Positions 38,601 to 54,100 of a stretch of DNA of 64,000 bases are shown in pieces. Origin of the DNA: Malacoraja senta (Eukaryota); NCBI GenBank assembly GCA_038087875.1, contig JAXLNO010000575.1, forward strand, positions 248,001 through 312,000, read 5' to 3'. The notes beneath the pieces were generated by a model, which made no database searches, was not told where the DNA came from, and worked only from the letters and a program-made list of their open reading frames with translations. How positions within the stretch are numbered: position 1 is the first letter of the stretch; each line of letters begins with the position of its first letter. A program made the translations under genes and the position numbers.

Positions 38601-41600
38601 GGCGTCAGAGTCCTCTATGGGTGCGTCCCTCAAGTCCTCTCTTACAGATGTTTCCTCCTCTATGACAAATAGACAGTCATGTCCTGCTTCTGATTGCTCT
38701 TCTGGGGGTGAAATAAGAAAAGAGGATGGGTTAATCAATGTACAATGGTTGAATTACAGTTTCGGATTGTTCAACAGATAGACCTCATGCTTATTTTGGC
38801 GGGCCATTGTTAAGTGCTGGGTTAGAAGCTGCCCCAACAATGCTGATACCAAATGTGAGCTGTACACTACAATCTCCTGCTGGAGTGTCAAATTAGCAGC
38901 TGATTGTAAACTATTATATATTGCATTTGGTCGGTCGTATAATGGTCTTCCCAACGCCGGGGCTTGCATCAGTGATCTTTTTAAGTTTTCAAAGGCCTCT
39001 TGTGCTTTCTTTGTTAATTTAAATGCACCCTCCTTGCTGGTATAGGATGTTAGCTCCTTGGTTTCCAGAACTATGTTAGGGATCCAAGGTCTACAATAAT
39101 TGACCATGCCAAGCCATTGCCTCATTTGTTTGGCTTCTTTTGGAATTGGCAATTCGCAGATGGGTTCAAGTCTGCTTTTCTCAAGACTTCTTTTGGTGGC
39201 CGAAATTATAATCCCTAAAAATTTTATTTTCTCCAGGGCCATCAGTACTTTTGACTGGGAGACTACATATCCCATATCAGCTAGATGGCTTAGTAGTTGA
39301 GCAGTATCTTGCCGATTACTGGATTCGTTTTTGCTGGCCACTAATAAATCATCAACATACTACACTAATGTTGAATTCATTTTGAATTTTAAAGTACTCA
39401 ATTGGTCTTGTAGACACCTGGAAAATAAAGTAGGCGAGTTGATATCAGAACTGCCCCCTCCATCGACTCCTTTAAGTCGAGACTTAAAACTCATCTTTAC
39501 TCTCAAGCCTTTCTTGACGTCCTCTGAGTGAGGGCTATATGTATGTGTTTATTATGTATGTACTTAATCTATGAACCAATGTTGTATAACATTAGTACCT
39601 CCACCAATGTAAAGCACTTTGGCCAACAAGAGTTGTTTTTTAAATGTGCTATAGAAATAAAAGTGACTTGACTTGACTTGACTTGACTTGACTTGACTTG
39701 ATAAACCCTTGAGGCAATCTGGTCCAGGTGTATTGTTGGCCTCTGTATGTGAAAGCAAACAAATATTGGCTGTCTTCGTGAAGAGGCAGAGAAAATAATG
39801 CATGTTGCGTCGACTATCGAGAAGATTTTTGCTTCAGCCGGTATTTGGGCTAGGATATGGGCAGGGTTTGGCACTAGGGCATGGAGCAGTTCTACAACAG
39901 AGTTGATTTTGTCTCAGATTTTGTACAAGTCTATATTGGCCCTCCTTTCCCGGCTTTGGAACGGCAAGAATAGGGGTGTTACAAATCGATTAGCGCTTCA
40001 CCAGTATTCCTTGTTCTAGCAAACCCCGAATTAATTTGTCAATGCTGCTGATGGCCTGTAATTTTAGTGGATATTGTTGTATTGAAGGAAGTGTTACCCC
40101 TTTCTGGAGAGCTACTTGGATGGGATTGATGTTCACGCATCCTACCTGAGCTGTGTCTTCCGCCCACACTTGAGGGTCCACATACTCGCATACCTCACTT
40201 CCTAGATGATGACGTAGGTGGGTAACAACTGTCCTTGAGGCCTGATAAAATGCAACAACATATTGGTTAGACAAATATTGCTTTTGGTAATTATTCGGGT
40301 CTGCCATGGTGATTGCCTTTCTTACCATCGTTCTTAGGTCTTTAGCTCTTGCAGGGTAGTTCACCTTTCGGGTAATGTGAGGAGCCACTTCTTCAGTTCT
40401 TTTCCATAACTGTGCTGGTATTTTAATACATTCAGCAGCTCCCTCTTTTCCCTCAACTAGTGCCAACACATCCACTTCCCAATCCTGCTTTTCATGTGCT
40501 TTAAAGAAGACTTCCAGCTCTTTATCCTTCCCAGTCCTGTCGTAAGCCAGTGTAATGTGGAGTGGGGGTTCTTTGTCCAGATCTAAGGACCACCATTGAG
40601 GGGTCACTATGGAGTAACACTGCCGTAAGGGATCCCAGGGGCTCACTACTATGCCTCCGTCGCCACATTCTATTTTTAATTGGAAAGCACAGAGCAAACC
40701 TCTAGCCATCATATTGCAATCTAATCCAGTGGTTATCACAAATCTGTGTTTGATTCCTTTTCCTCCATTTACTACTTCAACTGGCTCAGAGATGGGATAC
40801 TGGCAGACTTGCTCTTGAAACCCGGACAGGTTCTGAACTTCTTTTGATTCTGGAAGATTATAAATTGATTGAAGGGATGACATGGATGTGCCTGTGTCTA
40901 CTAAGAAGATGCAGATTTTTCCTTCTACCTGTAGAGACAATATAGGTTATTTGTCAGACTTTGTCAGGCATCCAGTCACCATTAGGTTTGCTGATCATAG
41001 GCGTGTGAATGGGTTATTCTGGGAAAAGGAGATTTTCCCCCTTGATTCTTGATTTTCCTGCCAGTTCCCTTTGTGTTCTCTAGGATCCCGTTGATCTCTC
41101 CATTCTCTTTGGTCTTGGAAATGTCTTCTCTGACCCCCTGTTTTGTTCTTTTCTCTATTTGGGCACTCCCTACTCCAGTGACCTATCCCTCCACAAGTAT
41201 AACACTGGCCCACTCCTGATGACTGGTATCTCCTTAAACTTGGTCTCTGGGGGACTGGCTCTAGGGCAGGTATTTCTCTATGATATCGGTCCAAATATTT
41301 CGGGACTCTAATTTCTCCCAATCCGTAATTTGCTGGGACTCTGGGGATCCATGGTTCAGGATCAGATTTTCGCACTTCTTTCTGATCATATATTCAGTCT
41401 TTTGTTTCACTGCAGGCAAACTCTCCTGCTTCTTTATGTCCCTCCAGTGATACCGTACAGCACGAGCCATTTGACTGGCACTATTTTCTGTCCAGTCCAT
41501 GTTATTAGTTTTAATGGATTCCGCTACGTTGGTGGGAAGGCAATTCCATAAGATTGCACAATATTTCAGGGAATTCACAGCGTTTCGATAATTTAAATCA

Positions 41601-44600
41601 CCTGATTGATCCATATATAATTCGGAGAATCGTTCTAAAATTTCATCTGCTCCCTCTCCCTTTTTGGGTCTTACATCTAGGATTCTGGCCAAGTCAATCG
41701 GTTTTTGAAGAGTGTTTGCAAGGGCCGTTAAAACAGCCTCTTCCCTTGCACCATTGTCCGTTATTATATTCGCTAGAGCTTCGTGCGACAGATGTCCTAG
41801 AATTGTTACGAACCTGGTGTGTTCGCTTGGGGTAATTATTTGCTGGATCACCGCCCATAGATCTCAGGGGTCCGCGTGCTAAATGCGCATTGTAGTTCTT
41901 AGGTGATCCACATAGGAAGCGGGTGATTTTCTACGATCGGGTATTTGACTTAAAATGGCCATCATCTCGTTGGCCTTCCATGGGGTATAGACTCTTATTG
42001 TACGGGGATTATTTGCACTCACTGCATTGGTCGGATTAAAAGAAGGATTAGGCATTTCCCTAACAGGGAACTGTCTACGGGTTGTTTGTTTAGTTGTTGT
42101 ACTTTCTGCCATATCAAGATCTATCTCGGCTTCTTCAATGGTTGTCTCACCCTCAGATGTATCTTTCCCTTCACTAGGGGGTTCACAGTACTTTCTAAAT
42201 GACTCCTTTTCTTCTCTCGCTACTCGTTCAACTCGTCTAGGTTTAAGCTCGCAAGAATACCCTGGTTTCTGTACCCTTCCTCTACCTTCTTTGTCCTTAA
42301 CTACTTGAGTCTTCTTTCTAGTTTGGCTTCTGGTACCGTGAACTCTTGGACTATCTACGATTAATGGAGCAGTTGGGGGTTAAGGAATCCTGTGCCACAG
42401 AATCTGATTGTCTATCCCGTTCACAAGCTACACAATGCGTATCTAAAGCGTGGGGATCGCAAGAGGAATAAGGTGGTGGTCTACTTCTAACACCTCCCCA
42501 ATCTTCTAAATACTCATCGTCATCCCCCTCAAAACTAATGCCAACCATCGGATCCTCACGCTCGAGATTTACGGGTGCCCGTTTCCCTTTTGAAGATTTT
42601 CTTCTCCCCTTTAATACTTTCAGGCTCCTCTCTCAAGGTGCATGGAGGTCGGTACTCTTCAGCATCCTCCAATTCTATCCCCCGCTTCAGAGTTGCTTCC
42701 TTCCAACTTGCCATTCTTTCAGCGTCTCTACTTGCCTTCCGTTCCTCGTAATAATTTTTCCACAACCCAATTAATTCCCTTGCCTCTTCACTATCGCTGC
42801 AATTTGCTCAATGTACTTCAATCCCTTCAATGCACTAACGCCACCCTCGGGCCATAATTCGCTCCCTAATTCTTTATGTAATACCCTGGAAAGATTTATC
42901 ACTCGTTCAGCTCTCTGTGGAAACTCACTGCATATTACTTGTAACGGACTATCAGAATCGGCAGTCATATCTCTATCCACGTGATTTCCCATTCTTTTGG
43001 ACAATGGAAGCAAAGCCTAAGCCACTCACACCTTCTTAACAATTCACCCCTTATCTCAATCTCCAAGACTACCAAGGTCGCTCCACAGGGACTTTGGAGG
43101 CCTTCCGTGAACGCTGGTCGCCGCGGGAGGTTGAGTGTTTTGTTGATAAAGTTGGCGTTATATTAATTTGATGATCGTTTGTTTGTAAAACTGTCAACAT
43201 AGGCAGTCTTTGATTGTGCTCATTTGTATATATATATATATATATATATATATTTTTGAATAAAAGTATTTGTATAATTTTAAAAAAGGTCGCTCCCGAA
43301 CAATGGCCAATGGCTCCGAAGCGCTAGCACCCTCACACCTCTTTCACACAATCACACAATCAATCTTCCCAATCTACTTATTAAAATTCTTCCCCTGTTT
43401 CCCACAAATCCACACAATTCCAACTACAATTTTAACAATCCTCAATCATCCAAAGATTAAGGTGCTCCAGGGAACAATTAAACACAATGAAACATGTTCT
43501 CACAGCCCGTTTCCTATACCCAGAGCAACCTCAATCTAAACACATGCAAATGAGCTCCAGACACGCAAGCAAAATCGTATACAGAAAATAAATTATACCA
43601 CTTATTATTATCACGCACAACCACATTCCTAGATAAATCACAAGCATTCGTCTAATATCGCATTCATTAACCGTACAGTTCCAAAAACAAATCACAGTAT
43701 CTCAATCCCGCGTCACGCTGCTATCAACCAGTGAACCTCTCCCACCGATACAGAAGACTTTCCCCTTCCTAGGGTACTCTTTGCTGAGGGGTACTCCTTC
43801 TTAATTAGCTACGCTTTACCTTCAGGTACTTTTTCCTCACACTAAATGAAACATATACGATTGTTAAGGGCTTGGACACACTAGAGGCAGGAAACATGTT
43901 CCCGATGTTGGGGGAGTCCAGAACCAGGGGCCACAGTTTAAGAATAAGGAGTAAAAGGCCTGTCCCATGGGCATGCGACTCCATGCGGCAAGCGCAACCT
44001 AACCGCAAGCGGGGGCCGCGCGGAGATCGAGTGATCCCCGTACAGGGCTGGTCCCACCAGCATGTGGCTGCATGCGGCAAGCGCTACCAAATCAGAAGCG
44101 GGGGCCGCGTGGAGGTCGAGTGACGTCAAGACGGTGCGTACGGTGGTGAGGCTGTGCACACGGCTCTTGAGGCGGCGCGCATGGCCTCGATGCGGCTGCG
44201 GGGCGGCAGGCCATTGCCGCACGTAATTTTTGAACTGTCAGTTTTTCGGAGCCCCGCGCGATGTCGGGATCAGCTCCGCACAACTCCATACGGCTCCGGC
44301 GATCGAAGTGGGACCGGCCCCGCAACCTCCACGTGGCCCCCGCACGGCCCCCGCTTGCGGTTAGGTCGCGCTTGCCGCATGGAGTCGCATGCCCGTGGGA
44401 CAGGCCCTTAAGCCATTTAGAACGGAGACGAGGAAACACTTTTTCTCACAGAGAGTGGTGAGTCTGTGGAATTCTCTGCCTCAGAGGGCGGTGGAGGCTG
44501 GTTCTCTGGATACTTTCAAGAGAGAGCTAGATAGGGCTCTTAAAGATAGCGGAGTCAGGGGATATGGGGAGAAGGCAGGAACAGGGTACTGATTGGGGAT

Positions 44601-45196
44601 GACCAGCCATGATCACATTGAATGGCGGTGCTGGCTCGAAGGGCCGAATGGCCTACTCCTGCACCTATTGTCTATTGTCTATTGTCTATTGTCTAAATGC
44701 TTAGACTTTGTGGTACCTTTCCCGTCAGGTTACTCTTTACTAAAAATTACTTTCCCTCTCTCAGTTGCTCTTCGCTATCAGGTACTAATCAACAATCGAT
44801 CAGAGGGGGTACGAACTCCTGGTTGATCAGCCACGATTCGGAATCAAGCTTACACAATCTTTATACGCACTTCGAAGTTTTATTATAATACACAGATTAA
44901 TCTGATAAGGAATGTGCACCATGTTATAGTCCAGCACCTCAATATGAGATTCTGAATATTAGGTATTTTAAATCGAAGATTTTCAACTCGCTCTGCTCTG
45001 ACCAATTAGCTTGTTGGTGCGTAACTCGACGTACGCAAATTCCAATTCCAATTTAGTTTGGATATAGAATTCTCGAGTGGATTAGAGTATTTTCAACCAA
45101 TATATACTCTAACCACCGAGTGCCCGATGTCTTTACGAGAGTCCTCCCCTGTCCTTTCAGAGATCTGGATACCTCGAACAGGCGTGGACACAATAA
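35688..45196 (-). mobile_element. Mirror copy of the ERV
   Basis: Near-identical reverse complement of 19298-28794, sharing most of the same stops and all nested insertions. Confidence 0.93.
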
Positions 45197-48100
45197 CCCC
45201 ATTTATCTTCAGCGGTGTGTACGTCCTGGGATGATGAGCCCTTCTAAAGTCCACAATCAGCTCCTTAGTTTATGTGACATTCAAGAGGAGGCTGTTGTCC
45301 TGACACCAGAGTGCCAGGTCGTCCACCTCCTCCCGGTAGGCCTTCTCATCATTACCGGAGATCAGGCCCACCACCACAGTGTCATCAGCAAACTTGATGA
45401 TGGAGTTGGAGCTGAACCTGGCCACACAGTCATGGGAGTACAGGGAGTAAAGTTGGAGGCTGAGGACGCAACCCTGGGCGGATCCTGTGTTCAGGGTGAT
45501 GAGGTTGGAAGTATGTCTCCCCATCTTGACCACCTGGGGCCTGGCGGTGAGAAAGTCCAGGACCCAGGCACACAGGGGGGTGTTGAGCCCCAATTCCAGC
45601 AGCTTCTCAGCAAGTCTGGTGGGGACTATCGTGTTGAAGGCCGAACTGTAGTCAATGAACAGCATCCTCACATAGCCCCCCTTTTGGCTGTCAAGATGAG
45701 AGAGGGTGATGTGCAGAACCTGGGAGACCGCATCATCCGTGGATCTGTTCGGACGGTATGCGAACTGCAGCGGGTCCATGTTGCGAGGGAGGAAGGCACA
45801 GATGTGGTTCTTGATCAGTCTCTCGAAGCATTTCATGACTACCGAGGTGAGGGCCACCGGTCAGTAATCATTTAAACAGGCTGGAGAGGCATTCTTTGGC
45901 ACTGGTACAATGGTGGATCTTTTGAAGCAGGCAGGGACCACGGACTTGGCCAGGGAGAGGTTGAATATTGTGGTGAGCACCGGAGCTAGCTGCATAGCAC
46001 AAGACTTAAGAACTCGCCCCGAAATGCCATCTGAGCCTCCAGCTTTCCTCGTGTTCACACGCGTCAGAGCCCTCCTCACGTCGTGCTCGGACAACGAGAA
46101 TGTGTGCACATCCCCAACGGTGGACCTCCATCCAGCCTCGCTAGCCAGCACGCTGGCGGTGTTATTTTTAGACGACGAGCTAGGGATGATGTTGCCCGTC
46201 TCGAATCGTGCGTAGAAAGAGTTCAGGTCATCAGCTAGGGAGGTGCCAGCACTTCTGGTTGAGGGGGGAGCTGCTCCGGTAGTCGACTGGGCTTGTATTC
46301 ACTGGAATTTAGAAGGATGAGAGGGAATCTTATAGAAACATATATTCGTCCCTTCCCACCCGAACCATCTCCTCCCCGGGCACTTTCCCTCGCAACCGCA
46401 AGAAATGCGATACTTGTCGTTTTTCCTCCCCCCTTGACTCCATTCAAGGACCCAAGCAGTCTTTCCAGGTGTGGCAGAGGTTCACCTGCACCTCCTCCAA
46501 CCTCATCTATTGCATCCGCTGCTCTAGGTGTCAGCTGCTCTACATCGGTGAGACCAAGCGCAGGCTTGGCGATCGCTTCGCCCAACACCTCCGCTCGGTT
46601 CGCAATAACCAACCTGATCTCCCGGTGGCTCAGCACTTCAACTCCCCCTCCCATTCCGAATCCGACCTTTCTGTCCTCGGCCTCCTCCATGGCCAGAGTG
46701 AGGACCACCGTAAATTGGAGGAGCAGCACCTCATGTTTCGCTTGGGCAGTTTGCACCCCAGCGGTATGAACATTGACTTCTCTAATTTCAGTTAGTCCTT
46801 ACTTTCTCCTCATCTTCTCAGCTCTCCCTCAGCCCTCTGGCTCCACCTCTTCCTTTCTTCTTCCCGCCCCCCACACCCTCACATCAATCTGAAGAAGGGT
46901 TCCAGCCCGAAACGTTGCCTATTTCCTTCACTCCATAGATGCTGCCTCACCTGCTGAGTTTCTCCAGCATTTTTGTCTAGCTAACATCTTTAAAGGTTTG
47001 GACAGGCTAGATGCAGGAAACATGTTCCCGATGTTGGGGGAGTCCAGAACCAGGGGTCACAGTTAAAGAATAAGGGGTCGGCCATTTAGGACTGAGATGA
47101 GGAAACACGTTTTCACCCAGAGAGTTGTGAATCTGTGGAATTCTCTGCCACAGAAGGCGGTGGAGGCCAATTCTCTGGATGTTTTCAAGACAGAGTTAGA
47201 TTTAGCTCTTAGTGCTAACGGAATCAAGGGATATGGGGAGAAAGCAGGAACGGGGTACTGATTGTGGATGATCAGCCAGGATCATATTGAATGGCGGTGC
47301 TGGCTCGAAGGGCTGAATGGCCTACTCCTGCCCCTATTTTTCTACATTTCTATGTTTCTACACATCTATGGTGTCGAAGTGGAAATGGTTGAGAGCTTTA
47401 ATATTACCAATGATCTGTGGTGCACCAACCACATTGTTGCAACAGACAAGAATTCACACCAATGCCAATACTTCCACAGGAGACTGACATTGGCCTGTCT
47501 CCAGTGACTCTTACAAACGTCCACTGATGCAACACACAAAGCATGCTGTTGGGTTGCATCACAGCTTGGTTTTGGAACAGCTCTGCCCAAGAGCGCAAGA
47601 TTTGCAGAGTTGTAGATGTGGCCCAGTCCGTCACACAGACCACACTCCCCACCATTGTAGATGTGGCCCAGTCCGTCACACAGACCACACTCCCCACCAT
47701 TGTAGATGTAGCCCAGTCCATCACACAGACCACACTCCCCACCATCGACTCCATCTACACTTCACGCTGCCTCGGGAAAGCAGCCGACATCATCAAAGAA
47801 GTGTCCCTGTCCCACCCCGGTCATTCCTTCTTCTCCTCACTCCCATCCGGCAGAAGGTACAGAAGCTTGAAAGCGCGCACCACCAGACTCAGGAACAGCT
47901 TCTTCCCCTCTGTTATCAGGCTTCTGAACGGTCCTTCCATAAGCTAGGGTACTGTCCGATTCACCTCTACCCCATTGTGGACATTGGACTTTGTCTCTGG
48001 AACTGATGCGCTACAAAGCTGAGAACTATATTCTGCACTCTGTATCTTCCCCTTTGCTCTACCTATTGGACTGAGTTTGAACTGATTGTATTTATGTCCA

Positions 48101-51100
48101 GTATTATCTGGTCTGTTTGGGTCGCTGCAGAACAAAGCTTATTGTTTTAATAATAAACCTATTTTAAATCTGAGACTGGGAGATTTAACAAAGTAAATGA
48201 TGTTGGGAGAGGGATCTAGAGTTTCACAGAACATAGAACAGTCCAGCACAGGAACATGACCTTCAGCCCACAATGTCCGTGCCGTACATGATGCCAAGAC
48301 CAACTCCCCTCTGCCTGCACGTGATCCGTATCCCTCCATTCCCTGCATATCCATGTGCCTATCCAAAAGCCTCTTAAACACCACTATCGTATCTGCCTCC
48401 ACCCCCACCCCTGGCAGCGCGTTCCAGGCACCCACCACCCTCTGTGTAAAAAAACCTGCCCCGCACATCTCCTTTAAACTTTGCCCCTCTCACCTTAAAG
48501 CTGCGCCCTCTAGTCTTGGACATCTCCACCCTGGGGAAAAGGTTCTGACTGTCTACCCTATCTACGCCTCTCATAATTTTATAAACGTCTATCAGGTCTC
48601 CCCTCAACCTCTGACGTTCCAGAGAAAACAATGCAAGTCTGTCCAACCTCCCCCTGTAGCTGAAACCCTCTAATCCCGGCATCGTTCTGGTAAACCTCCT
48701 CTGCACCGTCTCCAAAGCCCCCACATGCTTCCTGTAATGGGGGCGACCAGAACTGCCCGCAATACTCCAAATGTGGCCTGACCCAAGCTCGTCCTATAAA
48801 GCTGCATGGTGACTTCCTGACTCTTGTACTCGACGCCCCGACCGACCGATGAAGTCAAGCGTAACGTACGCCTTCTTCACCGCCCGCTCTGTCCACTTGT
48901 GTTGCTGCCTGACCCAGATACCCCTTAGATACACACAAAATGCTGGAGTAACTCAGCGGGACAGGCAGCGTCTCTGGAGAGAAGGGATGGGTGAAGATTC
49001 AGGTCAAGACCCTTCCTCAGCCTCGACCCGAAACGTCACCCATTCCTTCTCTCCACAGATGCTGCCTGTCCCGCTGAGTTACTCCAGCACTCTGTGTCTA
49101 TCTTCGGTGTAAACCAGCATCTGCAGAGGAGAATCTGTGGATTTCTTGGCCACAGACGGCTGTGGAGGCCAAGTCTATAGATATATTTAAGACAGAGGTA
49201 GATAGATTCTTGATTAGTACGGGAGTCAGGGTTATGGGGAGAAGGCAGGAGAATTGGATTAGGGTGCAGAGAGCACCCATGATTGAATGGCGGAGTAGTC
49301 TTGATGGGCCGAATGGCCTAATTCTTCTCCTATCAATTATGAACATAAACCTTCATGGACATGAACTTATCTGCAGTTCCTGCCTAGAGTCATAGAGTGA
49401 TACAACATGGAAACAGACACTTCGGCCCATCTTGCTCACACTGGCCAACCTGTCCCATCTATAACTAGCATTTGGCCCATATCCCTCTAAACCTGTCCTA
49501 TCCGTGTACCTGTCTGATGTTTCTTAAACGTTGCAAATGGTTCTACTATCAATCCAAGTTAACCCGACATCGAAATGTCAGAGATGTGGTTGGGTTAACG
49601 CCAGCTCATTATCAATCAGCTTTTTTAGTCTCGACAGTGTCACCCACTGCTTCAGATCAAGAGCAACAAGCCCATCTCCTTCTATTACCTTGCCTCAGTG
49701 GTAATATTTTTGCTATTGAGGGAGTGCAGCGTAGGTTCACAAGGTTAATTCCCTGGATAGTGGCGGTGGGGGCAGGTTCTCTGGATACTTTCAAGAGAGA
49801 TCCAGATAGGGCTCTTAAAGATAGCGGAGTCAGGGGATAGGGGGAGAAGGCAGGAACGGGCTACTGATTGGGGATGATCAGCCATGATCACATTGAATGG
49901 CGCTGCTGGCACGAAGGGCCGAATGGCCTACTCCTGCACCTATTGTCTCAGTGTGGTCCCATTGAAGGTAGACACAAAATGCTGGAGCATCTCTGGAGAG
50001 CAGGAATGGGTGACGTTTCGGGTCCAGACCCTTCTTCAGACTGAGCGTCAGGGGAGAGGGAGAGATAGAGATAAGGAAGGGTAAGGTGTGGAAGCGAGAG
50101 ATCAAAGGAGACAAATATCAAGGAAGTTGTAGAATAGATCATTGTTAGCTAGGGGAAGGTGACAACGAAGCAGACAGAGTTAACATTTAATCAGGAGGAC
50201 AGTCAGACTGGTGGGAGAACTAGGGTGGGGGAGGGATGGAGAGAGAGGGAAAGCAATGGTTACTTGGTTAGAGAAGTCAATGTTCATACCGCTGGGGTGT
50301 AAGCTGCCCAAGTGAAATATGAGGTGCTGTTCCTCCAATTTGTGCTGGGCCTCATTCTGACAATGGAGGAGGCCTAGGATAGAAAGGTCAGTGTGGGAAT
50401 GGGAGGGGGAATGAAAGTGTTTGGCAACCGGGAGATCAGGTGGACTGAGCGAAGGTTTTCAATGAAACGATCGCCCGGTCTATGTTTGGTCAAAGGTACA
50501 CAAAAATGCTGGAGAAACTCAGCGGGTGCAGCAGCATCTATAGAGTGAAGGAAATAGGTAACGTTTCAGGCCGAAACCCTTCTTCAGACTGATAGGGGGT
50601 GGGGAGAAGAAAGGAAAAAAGGAAAGGGCGGAGGAGGAGCCCGAGGGCTGGGGGAGGGGAGGAGACAACCAGATGGCTGATGAAGGGGAGGGGACAGCCA
50701 GGGCTAGCAGAATTGGGAGAATTCAACGTTCAGGCCACCAGGATGTAGACAGCCCAAGCGGAATATGAGGTGCATTTCCTCCAATTTACGGTGTTGCTCG
50801 CTGTGGCCATGGAGGAGACCCAGGACAGAGAGGTCAGATACGGAATGGGAGGGGGAGTTGAAGTGCTGAGCCACCGGGAGTTCAGGTTGGTTATTGCGGA
50901 CCGACCGGAGGTGTTCGGCGAAACGATCGCCAAGCCTCCGCTTGGTCTCACCGATGTAGATCAGCTGGCATCTAGAGCAGCGAATGCAATAGATGAGGTT
51001 GGAGGAGATGCAGGTGAACCTCTGTCGCACCTGGAACGACTGCTTGGGTCCTTGAATGGAGTGGAGGGGGGAAGTGAAGGGACAAGTGTTGCATCTCTTG

Positions 51101-54100
51101 CGGTTGCAAGGGAAAGTACCAGGGGAGGGGGTGGTATGGGAGGGAAGGGAAGAATTGACAAGGGAGTTACGGAGGGAGCGGTCTTTGCGGAAGGCAGACA
51201 TAGGGGGAGATGGGAAGATGTGGCGAGTGGTGGGGTCACGTTGGAGGTGGCGAAACTGACGGAGGATCACTTGTTGTATGTGACGGCTGGTGGGGTGAAA
51301 GGTGAGGACTAGGGGGACTCTGCCTTTGTTGTGAGTGGGGGGATGGGGAGAGAGAGCAGTGTTGCGGGGTATGGCAGAGACCCTGGTGCGAGCCTCATCT
51401 ATGGTGGTCAATATGGGAGTCCCATTGACGGATGCCGTGTAATACGACACACTTACATTGGGTGGCAGTGTGGAGCCAGGGACGAGGAGGCTGGATCCAG
51501 TCACTGTGTGAAAAGTCAAGTATTTTATTGTCATACTAGACTAAGTGGGACCCGTTGGGTCCTAGGCACACGGAAGTGGGTGAGTATGGACATTGTGGGC
51601 CGAATGGATTCTTGGGCTGGCAGCTCAGTCACTCGGGCCTGTTGTTATATTGTTATATTTTACGAGTCATTCACGTATTAAACTTTAATAAATCATTATT
51701 CCACTTGCCATGCCAGCGCGTTCTTCACCACAATGAGAACCTAATAGGCAGGAATGGCTGCGCTGTCGGAGAGCCACTAAGAGTGCATGGGGGGGGGGGG
51801 GGGGGAGGTTGAGGGGAGATGGACTGAATGCGGGGGGGGGGGAGGGGGGAATGACATGGAGCAGAATGGGGGGGGGGAGCACGGGTGACTGAGTGAACTG
51901 CCACCACACGAGCCGTGAGTGACTGGAATGCCATCCCACCAGCTATGAGTAAGTGAACTGCCAGCCAACCAGCCATGTCATTGAACTGCCAGCCCACCAG
52001 CCATGAGTAAATGAACTGCCAGCCCACCAGCTGTAAGTGACTGAAGTGCCAGCCCACCAGACATGATTTAGTGATCTGCCAGCCCACCAGCCATGACTCA
52101 CTGAACTGCGAGTCCAAGAATCCATTCAGTCCACAATGTCCATACTAGCCCTCTGGAAACCAGTCGCTTCAGCCCACAATACCCATACTAGCGCTCCAGA
52201 GATCCACGCAAGGATAGACTTTCCTCCTTCATTGCTGTGATCTGTAAAAAAAGATGAAAATGTTAAAATTGATTCTCCATCCTCTCACCCTTCTGTCTCA
52301 GAGTCTGTCACCTGTTTTGGGCAGAATTTCTGGCAGTTTCTGAGCTGCCAGCCCGCCAGCCCTGAGTTACTGAGCTGCCAGCCTGCCAGGCCTGAGTGAC
52401 TGAGCTGCCAGCACAAGAATCCATTCGGCCTACAATGTACATACTAGCCCTCTGGAAACCAGTACATTCGGCCCACAACACCCATGCTAGCACTTCAGAA
52501 AGACTCCCCCACCCCCCCACTGGTCAGCAATATTTGAATTGGTGGAGAGGTGGAATATAGGAGTAAAGAGGTCCTTCTGCAGTTGTACAGGGCCCTGGTG
52601 AGACCACATCTGGAGTATTGTGTGCAGTTTTGGTCCCCTAATTTGAGGAAGGACATTCTTGCTATTGAGGAAGTGCTGCGTAGGTTTACAAGGTAAATTC
52701 CCGGGATGGCGGGACTGTCATATGCTGAGAGAATGGAGCGGCTGGGCTTGTACACTCTGGAGTTTAGAAGGATGAGTGGGGATCTTATTGAAACATATAA
52801 GATTATTAAGGGTTTGGACACGCTAGAGGCAGGAAACATGTTCCCGATGTTGGGGGAGTCCAGAACCAGGGGCCACAGTTTAAGAATAAGGGGTAAGCCA
52901 TTTAGGTATCAGGTTGCCATCAGGTAGAAGGTACAGGAGCCTGAAATCTGGAACATCCCAGGTTCAGGAACAGCCACTTCCCCACAGCCATCAGGCTATT
53001 AAACGCCATCAAACAAACTCTGAACTATAACAGCCTATTGCTCTTTATCTGTTTATTTATGTGTGTATATATGGTCTATGCTATATAGACACACTGAACT
53101 GATCTGTATTTATGCTTACAATATTCTGTTGTGCTGCAGCAAGCTAGAATTTCATTGTCCTATCTGGGACACATGACAATAAACTCTCTTGACTTGATTT
53201 AGACCGGAGACGAGGAAACACATTCTCACACAGAGTGTTGTGAGTCCGTGGAATTCTCTGCCTCAGGTGGAGGCCGGTTCTCTGGATACTTTGAAGAGAG
53301 AGCTAGATAGGGCTCTTAAAGATAGCGGGGTCTGGGGATATGGGGAGAAGGCAGGAACTGGGGTACTGATTGGGGATGTTCAGCCATGATCACATTGAAT
53401 GGCGGTGCTGGCTCGAAGGGCGGAAAGGCCTAACGCCTGCACCTATTGTCTTTCACCACACCTTGACCAAACCTTTGGCCTGTGAGTTCTGTCACAATCT
53501 CGTGTTGTTCATTTGAATGATAAATATTTCCTCCAACATTTGCTTTTTATTGAGTAACCGATAAGCAGGAACTTGCACTGTGTGGATACATCCGTCACCA
53601 GCATCCGACAGAGATAACTTCACACTGAACTCCAAAACCACAGTCTAAAACTGAAAATACACTAATCTAATCCAGCACTTCCATTTTGAATTGGTAAGTG
53701 TAAGATATGCACTTATAATTCAAAAACATTTTCTGTTTACAGTTTATAGTTCAGTTTATTGTCACTGTGCCTTTCATTCTCTCCAGAGATGCCGCCTGTC
53801 CCGCTGAGTTACTCCAGCTTTTTGTGTCTCTCTTCATGTGTCTTTTACATGTTATTACAGTAGCCACCTCAACTGCCTCCTCTGGCAGCTCGTTCCATGC
53901 ACCCACCACCCTCTGTGTAGAAAAAGTTGCCCCTCAGGTTCCTATTAAATCTTTTCCCCTCTCACCTTAAACCTGTGTCCACTGGTTCTTGATTCGCTTA
54001 CTCTGGGTAAAATACCAGATAATTGTGGTCAAAGAACTATCAATGTTTGGACGAGGGGATTGAAGGCTTTCAGGCCAAGTTTGTGGATGGTACTAAGATA

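Noticed and set aside
50704..51534. 276-aa ORF as a host GIY-YIG gene
   Set aside because: A Penelope fragment fused by chance to upstream repeat sequence; several similar decayed copies occur in the window.
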